Shown in pieces: positions 29,353 to 39,359 of a stretch of 64,000 bases of DNA. Made by a program: the position numbers and the translations under genes. The notes beneath the pieces are model-generated. The model saw only the letters and a program-made list of their open reading frames with translations, had not been told where the DNA came from and searched no databases. Origin of the DNA: Candidatus Hodarchaeota archaeon. GTDB taxonomy: Archaea > Asgardarchaeota > Lokiarchaeia > Sigyniarchaeales > SOKP01. Position 1 is the stretch's first letter, and each line of letters begins with the position of its first letter. The stretch spans positions 135,532 to 199,531 of the forward strand of contig JBHLKM010000002.1 of the NCBI GenBank assembly GCA_048886685.1, read 5' to 3'.

Positions 29353-31356
29353 TTAAACCAATTTTTGCTTCCAACTTTCTATCTGCGCGATAATTTGTTT
29401 TGTATCGTTTTCATTTAATAAAGCATCACTATATCTATATTGGTTTATTAAGCTTCTTAATTCATGTAAAGTAACAGAAAATCCTCTTTTTTCAAGAACA
29501 AGATCAGCAATTTTTTGTAGTTCCTTGCTAAATTCTTCTCCTTTTATATTAACTAATTTGTTAACCAAATTATTAAATGCATTATTGATTATTAAACCAG
29601 CTTCATCTCCTTTTTTTCTGGTACTTGTCGACACAAATTTTATTTTTTCCTGTAATTTTTGTTTTATATTTTCAACATCTTCTTGATATGTAGGTACTTC
29701 AGTTGGTATCTTTTGAGGTTCAACTTCTTTTCTAGTTTTTTGCGCCCTCTCTTCCTGAATTTTTTCTTGTTTTTGCTCTGTCTCCACAGTTTGGAATTTA
29801 GGTGTTGATATTGGTTTAACCTTTTTATAAAGATCTGCATCTACTTTTTTACCGAGTCTATGTTTGCTTGGTGTTGCTTGAGCTTTCTGTGAAGCATAAA
29901 ATGTATCCGTATAAGCACTTTCCCATAAGTTTTGTATTATTGGGCTTAACAATTCGATTAATGGTTTGAAGTTACTCCCTATTCCAATAAAGTTATTTAA
30001 TGCATTTTTTGCCTGTTGTTGAATTACACCAATAGTGATTTGAGTGTCATCACCTTTTAATGCGATCACGTTCTCGTTTTCAAGAGTTTTATAGATTATA
30101 TTCGCAATAGAAGTTAAATTCTTAACGCTGCTATTTGTATGCGGTTCTGATGATGCGATTTTTATTTTTAAGCTCTTTGGGATTTTATCAAACTGTTCAA
30201 CTGCTATATGATTTTCGAGTTGTGGAATTATAATTGTTAATTCCTCTTTCGTAGTCGTAATAAATTTTTGTATCTCTTCATTTACGTTGGTAAGGCTATT
30301 GATAGCCCAAATATTGTCTATTGAAAATTTCTCGGAAGATCGCATTTCTTGATAATATTCTTTCATTAGTTTTTCTATTGGTCTATTTAAACTTGAAACT
30401 TCATTTACAGAATTTTGAATGACTGCGTCCAAATTTTCATTTAATTTTATCTTGAGTTTATCCATTTCAGTAGAAAGAAAATCCTTATTTTCTTTAATCA
30501 ATTCATAGATCTTATTCATTTTAGTTTCAAAATTATTTAACATATTGAGGAGTATCAATTTAAAATCATCACGATATTGAAATGTACCATCTATCAACTT
30601 TTCTATTGGTTCGGCAGTTTTTTCAAACTTTTCTTCAATTAATTCGTACAGTTCCATAGAAAATTCTTGTACCATTTTATCTAGTTTATCTTTAAATTTT
30701 TGATCAATAATGTCGATTACTTCATCTTTATGCTTTTTAAAATCTAAAGCGTTAATTTCCTCAGTTATTTCTGATTTAATTTCAGAGATTTTTTTCATTA
30801 AACTAGCAAAATTAGATTGTGTTACAATTTTTATTTGTTGATCTAATTCAGAGATATCCTTACTTAGATTTTTCAATTCTTCCATTCCTTTTACGATATC
30901 CTCTATTTCCTGCTTTTGAATAATAGTATCCTCTTCAATATCTTTTCTGGATTCTTGGAATGAATTAAGGATTGTATCTGATTGAATAAAATTATTTTGC
31001 TGAAAGGTTTGATTTACTTTTTTAACTAATAATTCTCTAATTGCTTCTTTTATCCCTTCTAAATTTGCGTTTATATTTTCATAGTAATTGATTATAGGAA
31101 AAATTGGTGGAATTGCTAAATAATGCAATAATATCTCTTGTTTTTGAGGAATTAATTGAATCAATAATCCTCCATTTATTAACTGAGTCAAATTTTCTTC
31201 AAATTCGTCTTGAGGCAATTCTGGAACTATTGAGTGTAATTCATAATACGTAAGAGGAGATTTTCCTAATGAATTAAGGTAAATCTTAATTGCTTGATTA
31301 GAAAGCTGTAATTTTTTTAAAAAATCTTCCATACTTTTTTCACCAACATACTTCAC
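29353..31356 (-). CDS. TrmB-like wHTH + long coiled coil + PLD-like domain protein
   Basis: N-terminal LKKLQLSNQAIKIYL...YLAIPP (TrmB wHTH-like), about 250 aa heptad-rich region, IWAINS...KEELTIIIP (TrmB effector-domain-like). Confidence 0.6.
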   Translation of the reverse strand: MKYVGEKSMEDFLKKLQLSNQAIKIYLNSLGKSPLTYYELHSIVPELPQDEFEENLTQLINGGLLIQLIPQKQEILLHYLAIPPIFPIINYYENINANLEGIKEAIRELLVKKVNQTFQQNNFIQSDTILNSFQESRKDIEEDTIIQKQEIEDIVKGMEELKNLSKDISELDQQIKIVTQSNFASLMKKISEIKSEITEEINALDFKKHKDEVIDIIDQKFKDKLDKMVQEFSMELYELIEEKFEKTAEPIEKLIDGTFQYRDDFKLILLNMLNNFETKMNKIYELIKENKDFLSTEMDKLKIKLNENLDAVIQNSVNEVSSLNRPIEKLMKEYYQEMRSSEKFSIDNIWAINSLTNVNEEIQKFITTTKEELTIIIPQLENHIAVEQFDKIPKSLKIKIASSEPHTNSSVKNLTSIANIIYKTLENENVIALKGDDTQITIGVIQQQAKNALNNFIGIGSNFKPLIELLSPIIQNLWESAYTDTFYASQKAQATPSKHRLGKKVDADLYKKVKPISTPKFQTVETEQKQEKIQEERAQKTRKEVEPQKIPTEVPTYQEDVENIKQKLQEKIKFVSTSTRKKGDEAGLIINNAFNNLVNKLVNIKGEEFSKELQKIADLVLEKRGFSVTLHELRSLINQYRYSDALLNENDTKQIIAQIESWKQKLV

Positions 31357-31378
31357 ATATAATATATTTTTCTTAATC

Positions 31379-31426
31379 TTTTCTAAAAAATTTTAAGGTT
31401 TTTATTTTTTCTAAAAAATTTTAAGG
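31379..31426. repeat. 20-bp direct repeat in a divergent promoter region
   Basis: TTTTCTAAAAAATTTTAAGG at 31379-31398 and 31407-31426. Confidence 0.7.
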
Positions 31427-31488
31427 AGGTACCAATATTATGATAAATAATAAAATAACTGTTCTCTACTGATTTTTAACAATTAAAT

Positions 31489-32844
31489 GTGAAGAAAATG
31501 AAAGAAGATGTGTATTTTTATTTAGATTTAACAAAAGAATTACTTAAGAAAAAAGAAATTGTAAAAGCTATAAAATATTACATAGAGGAAAAAAACAAGA
31601 TAAATGTACAGAGCCACTATTCTCTGCTTATTTTCCAAGAGGAAGGGAATCCAATATTTATTAATGATAAAAAAGATGCAGGGATAATTACAAATTCTAT
31701 TGAAGAAAACTGGGGGACTCGACCAAAAAAGAAGAGTTTCTTTGAAAATGGTTTGTTCTATATTTTTTCTTACATAGCTGAGACAGTTAGAAAAAAATCT
31801 AAATTTAATAGAATAATAGTAATTACAGATACTCCTTCTGATTTATCTGAGGATTATCAAGAAGCTCTTTTTAATCTTGTTTCGAAAATAAAAAATTTTC
31901 CTACATTTATAGATATCATCAGAATTTCTGGAACTGACAAACGGTTTTTTAGTGATGATGTTAAATTAAATATGCTAGCAAGCGATACAAAAGGCTCAAT
32001 CAATTATATCCAAGAAAAAAAGGAATTTACAAACATATTTAAGAAATTGGTAAAAACTAAACAATTTACAAGCACTTTTATAGATCAACCAGAACGCATC
32101 AGGATAAGCAAAGAAGATTATGCTTTTTATAACTATTTAGCTAAACCATTAAAAAAACAAAAACCAACGATGGAAAAATTAGTTTGTCACTTTTGCAATG
32201 AGGAAGTCTGTCCAGTTTGCACTGACATATATGATATTCCTGTAACTTGTGAGGATTGTAACACTAATTTTCATAATTGTTGCATAACAAATTACACTAT
32301 TAACCACAATATTGGCATACCGAATATTCTACGTTGTCCCTCCTGTGATCTACTCTTAAAGATAGACGAAGATGAAATTATTGAAGTTTCTGGAGAAGTA
32401 GAGGTGAAATCAGTCAAAGAATTTATGGCAAAAGAGGTATTAGATCAAATTCCTAAACAACTCCCTAAGGTACAACCTCTACCAAAATCAACTCCTACTA
32501 TTATGCCAAAAGAAAGTGAAAAATTAGAGCCAATCCCTAAAACTAGTAATTTTGATACTGAAGGTGAGGTTATAAAAACAGTCCGTATTGGGGGATTTTT
32601 TGGCAAAGCATACACGGTAAGAAAGATTGGTGATAAAATTGTATATGAAAGAGTGTCAAAACAAGCGACTTTCAAACCTAGTGTTGAGATACAAGAGAAA
32701 CCAAAAACTAATGGTTCTTCTAGAACAGTAATTGATAATAAGAACAAAAAGCGACTCAATTTTGTGATTTGTCAACAATGTGGTACACGAGTAAATCCTA
32801 ATCAAGATAAAAAATGTCCGAATTGTGGTTTTAGGATATTATAA
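31489..32844 (+). CDS. vWA-like domain + PHD/RING-like zinc finger + C-terminal zinc ribbon (paralogue 1)
   Basis: YFYLD, RIIVITDTPS, FIDIIRI vWA strands; CHFC..CPVC..CEDC..FHNCC..CPSC; CQQCG..CPNCG. Confidence 0.7.
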   Translation: MKKMKEDVYFYLDLTKELLKKKEIVKAIKYYIEEKNKINVQSHYSLLIFQEEGNPIFINDKKDAGIITNSIEENWGTRPKKKSFFENGLFYIFSYIAETVRKKSKFNRIIVITDTPSDLSEDYQEALFNLVSKIKNFPTFIDIIRISGTDKRFFSDDVKLNMLASDTKGSINYIQEKKEFTNIFKKLVKTKQFTSTFIDQPERIRISKEDYAFYNYLAKPLKKQKPTMEKLVCHFCNEEVCPVCTDIYDIPVTCEDCNTNFHNCCITNYTINHNIGIPNILRCPSCDLLLKIDEDEIIEVSGEVEVKSVKEFMAKEVLDQIPKQLPKVQPLPKSTPTIMPKESEKLEPIPKTSNFDTEGEVIKTVRIGGFFGKAYTVRKIGDKIVYERVSKQATFKPSVEIQEKPKTNGSSRTVIDNKNKKRLNFVICQQCGTRVNPNQDKKCPNCGFRIL

Positions 32845-32998
32845 TGTTTTAATAATAAATTTTTGATTCTACCTTTGTTAAGTAAAATTTTTCGTAAATC
32901 AGAATTATAATAAATAAAAATAAATACAACTTCTAATATTATTTTCTTATAATTTAAGGATATTTTTCATAGGTTCATATAAATAATTAGGTACTAAG

Positions 32999-34339
32999 AT
33001 GCTAACTAGGACAAACGCACTAATTTCAGAGGAATTCATCTTTTATATTGATGTAATCACCGATTTTCTTAAGAAAAAATCTATAATAAAAGCAATTAGT
33101 TCTTTCATTAAAGAAAAAGACAAGTTTAACGCTTTAAGTTCATATGGTATAGTAATCTTTCAAAAGGATGATAATCCAGTCAATGAATATGATATAAAAG
33201 ATTCTGAAAATGTATTAAATACTCTTGATGGTGCATGGGAGACACGAGAAAAAACACAGAGTTTTCTAGAAAATGGTTTATATGAAATTCTAGCTTATAT
33301 TTTTAGAAAAAGCAGAGAATCTAGGAAAAATTATCGGATCATTATTATTTCAGATACACCTAGTAAATTATCTGAAGATTATTATAACGCACTTTATGAT
33401 TTACTAATTAAGGCAAAAAAGTTTTCAGCTTTTATTGACATAATTCGAGTCGGAAACAAAAAGTTCTATGAAGATGATGTAAAACTCAAGGTTATATCTA
33501 GTGAAACTCATGGTGGTATGTTCTATTGCCAAGATGAAAAACTCTTGCAAAATATTTTAGGTTCACTAGTTCAAAATAAAAAAGAATTTAAGGTGATAAA
33601 AACAGATGAAATAGATCATGTTTTAGTTGAAGATAAGGTATTTTATGAGAGGCTAGCCGTTGATCTTATAAGTTTATCACCTGATGATGAAGAAATCTGT
33701 ACAATATGTGAACAAGAATTATGTCCTATTTGTGAGATTCATTCCGATGAGATACATAAGTGTTTTAATTGCAATACCAAATTTCATAGTTGCTGTGCAG
33801 CGAAATATTCCATTGTTAAAAATATCGGCTTTCGTCACATTTTTAGATGTCCACAATGCGAAACTCTATTAAAATTAGACGAGGAATATGTGAATCTGGT
33901 CTATGAAGAAGATTTAGAGGAAGAATATCCTGAGATCGAAGCAGAAAGAGAAATTCCCCCCGAACCTAAAGAAATAGAATACGAACAAGAACAAATTGAA
34001 GAAGAAACTTATATAGAAGAAGAGGAACTAGAAAAAGAGGAACTAGAAGAAGAAATTAGACCAGAAGGATTAACACCACCTGCTCTTTCTCCAGAAGCAA
34101 CAAAAAAGGTAAAAGTTGGAGGATTCTTTGGAAAAGAAATCGAGATTAAGTTGAAAAAAGAATCAATGGCAATTCCTGAAGCTTCACAACCAATTGAAGA
34201 AACGCAAAAACCAGTTTCTATTACCACCTTAAAACCACCAAGAAAGAGGGGAGAAGCTTCAATTAAATTATGTAAAATCTGTGGTGCTACACTCCAAAGT
34301 GCGAAAAATTGCCCTATGTGTGGGGCTAAAGTTGATTAA
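32999..34339 (+). CDS. vWA-like domain + PHD/RING-like zinc finger + C-terminal zinc ribbon (paralogue 2)
   Basis: Same architecture and shared motifs (ENGL, DTPS.LSEDY..AL, DDVKL, GGFFGK) as the upstream gene. Confidence 0.7.
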   Translation: MLTRTNALISEEFIFYIDVITDFLKKKSIIKAISSFIKEKDKFNALSSYGIVIFQKDDNPVNEYDIKDSENVLNTLDGAWETREKTQSFLENGLYEILAYIFRKSRESRKNYRIIIISDTPSKLSEDYYNALYDLLIKAKKFSAFIDIIRVGNKKFYEDDVKLKVISSETHGGMFYCQDEKLLQNILGSLVQNKKEFKVIKTDEIDHVLVEDKVFYERLAVDLISLSPDDEEICTICEQELCPICEIHSDEIHKCFNCNTKFHSCCAAKYSIVKNIGFRHIFRCPQCETLLKLDEEYVNLVYEEDLEEEYPEIEAEREIPPEPKEIEYEQEQIEEETYIEEEELEKEELEEEIRPEGLTPPALSPEATKKVKVGGFFGKEIEIKLKKESMAIPEASQPIEETQKPVSITTLKPPRKRGEASIKLCKICGATLQSAKNCPMCGAKVD

Positions 34340-34342
34340 ATA

Positions 34343-34897
34343 TCAGTGAATTTCTAAATCTTCCACAAGATATACTCCTGAAATCTTAGTTTCTTTTACT
34401 GCTATGAATTCTTTTTCCATATTATACGCATATTCTCTTAAAATTTTCAAAAATTCAATTATTTTGTCTTTATGGAAATCATATAAACTTACAGAGACTT
34501 TTTTTTCTGATTTATGATTAAAGAAATGAAAATTATAAACCATAAATGGTTTAAATTCAACTATCTTTAACCTCACTTCGATTTTTTCAAATTCACCCCA
34601 ATAAATAAGAAAATTTGTTCTATAGGGTATTAGAATTTCAATGCATTCACTTGATATAGAGAATTTTCTGAGTTTTCCTGGAGATTTTGTCGCAACATAA
34701 TAATAATATAAAATAAAGATAACAATTAAACCAATACTTACATAAGTGGTGATCTGAGATTCGGGGAATGCAACCATTAAGACTATGTTTAAACTTGCAA
34801 TTGAAAGAATAATCACAAAAATGATCTTACATGAAATCGTTAATTTGCTAAAGTTTTCTCCAGAAAAATCAAATATATCTTTTTTTTCAATCTCCAT
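34343..34897 (-). CDS. Membrane protein, 2 TM + putative PH-like domain
   Basis: Two TM helices followed by FSISSECIEI...IYWGEFEKIEV. Confidence 0.55.
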   Translation of the reverse strand: MEIEKKDIFDFSGENFSKLTISCKIIFVIILSIASLNIVLMVAFPESQITTYVSIGLIVIFILYYYYVATKSPGKLRKFSISSECIEILIPYRTNFLIYWGEFEKIEVRLKIVEFKPFMVYNFHFFNHKSEKKVSVSLYDFHKDKIIEFLKILREYAYNMEKEFIAVKETKISGVYLVEDLEIH

Positions 34898-34994
34898 ATT
34901 CTAAACTATTTTAATTAATGTTATATATAAAGTTTAATAAAAAATATTTCAATAGTACAAATATTAGTTTAATTATATAGGCATTATACTTATC

Positions 34995-35786
34995 ATGGTG
35001 AACTACATGGGTATAATAATTCGGGATATGACCAAGGATGATGAATATTATGTTGGTACGTGTACACATGTGAATGAAAACAACAAAGAGCGAGAAGAGT
35101 CTGCTCTTCGTCGTATAACTTGGCTTAAACGGATGGAACTACACGGCTTGAGGACAAAAGTGGCTTTATTAGATGATGTCCATGCGGGATTTATATATGT
35201 TATGCCTATTGAAATAAATCCATGGCAAATCCAAGGAAAAGCATTAATGGTTTTTCCATGTTTAGTTTCGCACTCTAAATTCTCTCTGAAAGGTGTAGGA
35301 AAAGAATTAATTAAAGCGGCAGAGGAAGAAACACTAAAACAACAACGTAAAGGGATAGCAACAATTGGGCATTTTTGGGATTTTTGGTTTATGCCTGCTA
35401 AATACTTTACCACACTTGGATATAAAGTAGCAGCTAAAAGGAGCGAAGAAGCGATTTTATGGAAACAATTTGATTCCAGTGCAGAACGACCTCAATTTAG
35501 AGAAATTAATTACAATTATCAACCAGTACGAGGAAAAGTCGTTGTAGATTTATTTTGGAATACTTTCTGTTTAACAAGCGATGTGGAAGCACAAAGAGTA
35601 AGAGAAGTTGTTTCAGAATATAAAGATGAAGTTGTTCTAAATGAATTTTCCGCCGATAACCAAACAAACCTAAAACAATATGGTCTTTCTAGAAGAATCT
35701 ACGTAAATGGCAAATTAATCGAAGTAGGTTCTGAGATTGAAAAAGAGAAACTAAGGAAAGAGATCGAGTTAGCAAAAATTAAATAG
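34995..35786 (+). CDS. GNAT acetyltransferase-like protein with C-terminal thioredoxin-like domain
   Basis: AGFIYVMP, CLVS..FSLKGVGKELIKAAEE acetyl-CoA motif; VVVDLFWNTFC...IYVNGK. Confidence 0.75.
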   Translation: MVNYMGIIIRDMTKDDEYYVGTCTHVNENNKEREESALRRITWLKRMELHGLRTKVALLDDVHAGFIYVMPIEINPWQIQGKALMVFPCLVSHSKFSLKGVGKELIKAAEEETLKQQRKGIATIGHFWDFWFMPAKYFTTLGYKVAAKRSEEAILWKQFDSSAERPQFREINYNYQPVRGKVVVDLFWNTFCLTSDVEAQRVREVVSEYKDEVVLNEFSADNQTNLKQYGLSRRIYVNGKLIEVGSEIEKEKLRKEIELAKIK

Positions 35787-35843
35787 TAATGCATTAAATT
35801 ATCAATAATTAGCTTAATTATGTTAAAAAGATTGGTCCTTTAA

Positions 35844-37184
35844 ATGTTTCTTAAAGATGAGTTAGAGAAATTTCAAAAAGAAAGACCAAAATCGAAGCAA
35901 CTTTGGCAAAGAGCACTTGAAGTTTTACCAGGCGGAATCTCTCACAATATTAGAACTTTTGGTTTAAATTTAATTGGAGGGTTCCCAGTCTTTATTAAAT
36001 CAAGTAAAGGTGCGCGAATTAAAGATATTGACGATAATGAATATATAGATTGTTGGAATGGACACTTTGCGATGATTTTAGGACATAATCCTCCAAAAAT
36101 CCAAAGGCAAATAAAAGATTATCTGGTAGAAGGGTGGCATTTTGGCACGAATACTGAGTATCAAGTGAAACTTGCGGAATCAATTGTTCATGGGAATCCA
36201 GGAATTGAAAAAATTAGATTTTGCGTATCTGGAACAGAAGCAACTATGTATGCATCACGATTAGCCCGAGCTTTTACTAAAAGAAGACTAATAGCTAAAG
36301 CTAAATTGGGATGGCATGGAGCAAACGATACCTTATCTTATGATATTGGAAGTTTAGTAAGTAAAGAAGCATCTCCAGGTCTCCTTAAAGCCGACCAAGC
36401 AGGAATTGTTTCATTTCAGATCAATGATAAGAGTACATTTGATTTAATAAAAGAAAAATCCGATCAACTGGCAGCAATAATATTGGAACCAGTTTTAGGA
36501 GGTGGTGGGGGATTTCCCGTTGACTTAGGATTCTTAAAAAGGTTGAAAGAAGATGCTGAAAAATATGGGATTCTATTGATATTTGATGAAATTATTACTG
36601 GATATCGTTTTACGGACAATCTATATCAGAATACAATAGGAATAATACCTGATTTAACCACTATGGGAAAAATTATTGGTGGAGGAATGCCTATTGGTGC
36701 TGTGGGTGGTCGAAAAGACATTATTGATCAATCGAGTCCTGATGTGGTAAATCAAGTCTTGATTGGAGGTGGAACTTTTTCTGGATATCCACTTAGTATG
36801 ATAGCTGGATTAAAAACCTTGGAAATTTTGAAAAACTCTCATCAAGACTATGTTCGGATAAACAAAGAGGGAGAATTTTTATTGAAAAGTTTAAACCGAT
36901 TTTTTAAAGAATCAAAATCACAACTTATAGCTATAGGACATAAATCTATGGTTATGATACATGGGCTTTCAAAATGGATTGAAGAACCTTCAATGCAAGA
37001 TATATTTTTATTTAAAGACAGAAAACGGGAAGCATTACTTCAATTAGCTCTTTTTAATCGAAAAGTTTCAGGATTACATGGCTTAGGGTCAATATCCATG
37101 GCTCACACTCATGAAAATATCTTAACAATTCAAGAAGTTGTTGAGGACATTGCTGAACCGGTTTCCCAATCGAAATTAGGATAG
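35844..37184 (+). CDS. Class III PLP aminotransferase (glutamate-1-semialdehyde aminomutase-like)
   Basis: VLPGG, FCVSGTEATM, LLIFDEIITGYR, PDLTTMGKIIGGGMPIGA, GTFSGYP. Confidence 0.85.
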   Translation: MFLKDELEKFQKERPKSKQLWQRALEVLPGGISHNIRTFGLNLIGGFPVFIKSSKGARIKDIDDNEYIDCWNGHFAMILGHNPPKIQRQIKDYLVEGWHFGTNTEYQVKLAESIVHGNPGIEKIRFCVSGTEATMYASRLARAFTKRRLIAKAKLGWHGANDTLSYDIGSLVSKEASPGLLKADQAGIVSFQINDKSTFDLIKEKSDQLAAIILEPVLGGGGGFPVDLGFLKRLKEDAEKYGILLIFDEIITGYRFTDNLYQNTIGIIPDLTTMGKIIGGGMPIGAVGGRKDIIDQSSPDVVNQVLIGGGTFSGYPLSMIAGLKTLEILKNSHQDYVRINKEGEFLLKSLNRFFKESKSQLIAIGHKSMVMIHGLSKWIEEPSMQDIFLFKDRKREALLQLALFNRKVSGLHGLGSISMAHTHENILTIQEVVEDIAEPVSQSKLG

Positions 37185-37256
37185 ATTAGAAAAAAAAAAG
37201 TAATATTGATATTTTAAAAAATAACCAATATTAATGTTGAAAAAAGGGGAAATTTA

Positions 37257-38282
37257 ATGAAAAAGCCGTTTGATATAGTACAAGTAGGATTAGGACCGAT
37301 GGGTAAAATAATAACAAAACTCCTTCTCCAACGGAAAAATATTAATTTGAGAGGAGTCATTGATATTGATCCTCAACTTTTTGGAAGACATTTAAATGAG
37401 TTTTTTGATATTGAAAAAGAATTAGACTTAACCATTGAATCTGATTTAGATTCCATTCTAATAAGGGAGAACGCTGATGTTGTAATAATAGCCACTTCTT
37501 CTTCTTTAGAAAAAATAATACCAACCATTGAAAGTGCCGTTAAATCAGGAAGTAATGTGATATCGATCTGTGAAGAGTTGTCGTATCCGTTTCAATATAA
37601 CCTTGAACTTGCTAACAAATTAGATGAACTCGCAAAATTGAATAATGTTACAATTGTCGGAACAGGTATAAATCCAGGTTATCTTATGGATCTACTTCCC
37701 ATTGTACTTACGGCTCCATGTCAGAGGATTAGATCAATTACAGTCACAAGAATGATGAATTCTTCTAAAAGAAGAGTATCTTTCCAAAAAAAAATAGGAA
37801 CAGGTTTAAATGTTAATGAGTTTCATAAAAAAATTAGCAATAAAGAAATTACAGGTCATGTTGGATTAACACAATCAATTCAGATGATTTTAGCAGCAAC
37901 GGGTTTAGAGTATGACGAAATAAGCGAATTACCCCCAAAAGAAATAATAACTAATAAAGATCTTTTAACTTCTTATGGGGAAACCGTACCAAAGGGTTAT
38001 GTATGTGGTTTACAAAGTAAAGCTTTTGCAAAAAAAGAAGGAAAACAAGTAATTACTCTAGATTTCATAGCTTACGCTTGGGACCACGAGGAATATGATA
38101 GTATTATAATAGAAGGAGTCCCTACAATAGAACAAAAAATTATTGGTGGAGTTCACGGAGATTTAGGTACTTCAGCTATGGTAGTTAATTTAATACCTAA
38201 GGTGATTATTGCTAGACATGGGTTGCTCACAATGAAAGATCTTCCCGTTCCCTGTAATACTGAAAATTTATGGAAAACATGA
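37257..38282 (+). CDS. 2,4-diaminopentanoate dehydrogenase-like / DapB-like NAD(P)-dependent amine dehydrogenase
   Basis: QVGLGPMG, NVISICEELSYP, VGTGINPGYLMD, GHVGL, GVHGDLGT. Confidence 0.8.
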   Translation: MKKPFDIVQVGLGPMGKIITKLLLQRKNINLRGVIDIDPQLFGRHLNEFFDIEKELDLTIESDLDSILIRENADVVIIATSSSLEKIIPTIESAVKSGSNVISICEELSYPFQYNLELANKLDELAKLNNVTIVGTGINPGYLMDLLPIVLTAPCQRIRSITVTRMMNSSKRRVSFQKKIGTGLNVNEFHKKISNKEITGHVGLTQSIQMILAATGLEYDEISELPPKEIITNKDLLTSYGETVPKGYVCGLQSKAFAKKEGKQVITLDFIAYAWDHEEYDSIIIEGVPTIEQKIIGGVHGDLGTSAMVVNLIPKVIIARHGLLTMKDLPVPCNTENLWKT

Positions 38283-38335
38283 ACCTTTATTAGAAATTAA
38301 GAAAAAATTGTTAGATTATGCTTTAGAGGAAATTA

Positions 38336-39322
38336 TTAAAAAGCAGTACTAACAGGAAAATATAGTATAATTGCGAGAATTGCTGACATTGGAAAGGTTA
38401 AAAACCATATTGCCACTATTTTCCACAATCCTTTCTTCATGGGGGCATTACTAGCTTTTGATAAACCTACTAATGATGCTACTAGCATGTGAGAACCAGA
38501 AAGAGGAATTTTTTGAATAGTTCCAATGAGCATGACTGCTGCAGTCGGTACTTGTGCTGCAAATGCAGTACTCGGTCGAAGTTCAGTCATCCTACCTAAG
38601 TTTTTTATAACTATTCTTCCTAAAACTATGATACCAATAGCTAAACTAATACCCGTCATAACTAATAATGCTGTTAGGTTGATATCCTCTCCAACTCCGA
38701 ATACGATTCCAACAGCATTAGAACAATCATTTCCTGCCCTTGAGAAAGCAGTTATGCAAATAACAACTAGAATTATTAGAGCGTATCTATTCTCTGATCT
38801 TTCAAAATCTTGAAATCCATTTAAATGCTTAATCTTATGCCTATTAAGTATAACAACAACGAGGTATGTTATTGTAAAACCTACTACAGGAGACAATATC
38901 CACCACATACTCATCCCTAATATCGTACCCCAATTAACACCATTTCCCTCGCCTAACAATAATCCTAATCCCATTATTGCCCCTATTGTGGCGTGAGTAG
39001 TAGAAATTGGAAGCCCTAAAGCACTGGCTAAAATCAACCAAATCGTAGTTGAGATTAAAATTGTTAACACAACAGCATTCTGCTCAACATCAGTAGCCCC
39101 ATAATCTATTAAAAGAATATCCTCACCTACTGATTTAGCAACACCCTCTCCCAATAATAATGCTCCAAAAATAGCAAAAATCGTTGCCAAAATAAGAATT
39201 TGTTTCATATTAAGAATTCTTGATCCATAAAGCGGAGCCATTGTTTCATCATTAGCACCAATGGCTATTGCGATTAATATGGATATTATTATAAATATAG
39301 TTATTATTACAGCAGGATCCAT
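38336..39322 (-). CDS. pit: PiT family inorganic phosphate transporter
   Basis: GANDE, GLPISTTHATIG, AGNDCSNAVG, IPLSGSH signatures. Confidence 0.9.
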   Translation of the reverse strand: MDPAVIITIFIIISILIAIAIGANDETMAPLYGSRILNMKQILILATIFAIFGALLLGEGVAKSVGEDILLIDYGATDVEQNAVVLTILISTTIWLILASALGLPISTTHATIGAIMGLGLLLGEGNGVNWGTILGMSMWWILSPVVGFTITYLVVVILNRHKIKHLNGFQDFERSENRYALIILVVICITAFSRAGNDCSNAVGIVFGVGEDINLTALLVMTGISLAIGIIVLGRIVIKNLGRMTELRPSTAFAAQVPTAAVMLIGTIQKIPLSGSHMLVASLVGLSKASNAPMKKGLWKIVAIWFLTFPMSAILAIILYFPVSTAF

Positions 39323-39359
39323 ATCACATTCTTCTCCTTACAAATAATGCATTAGCTTT

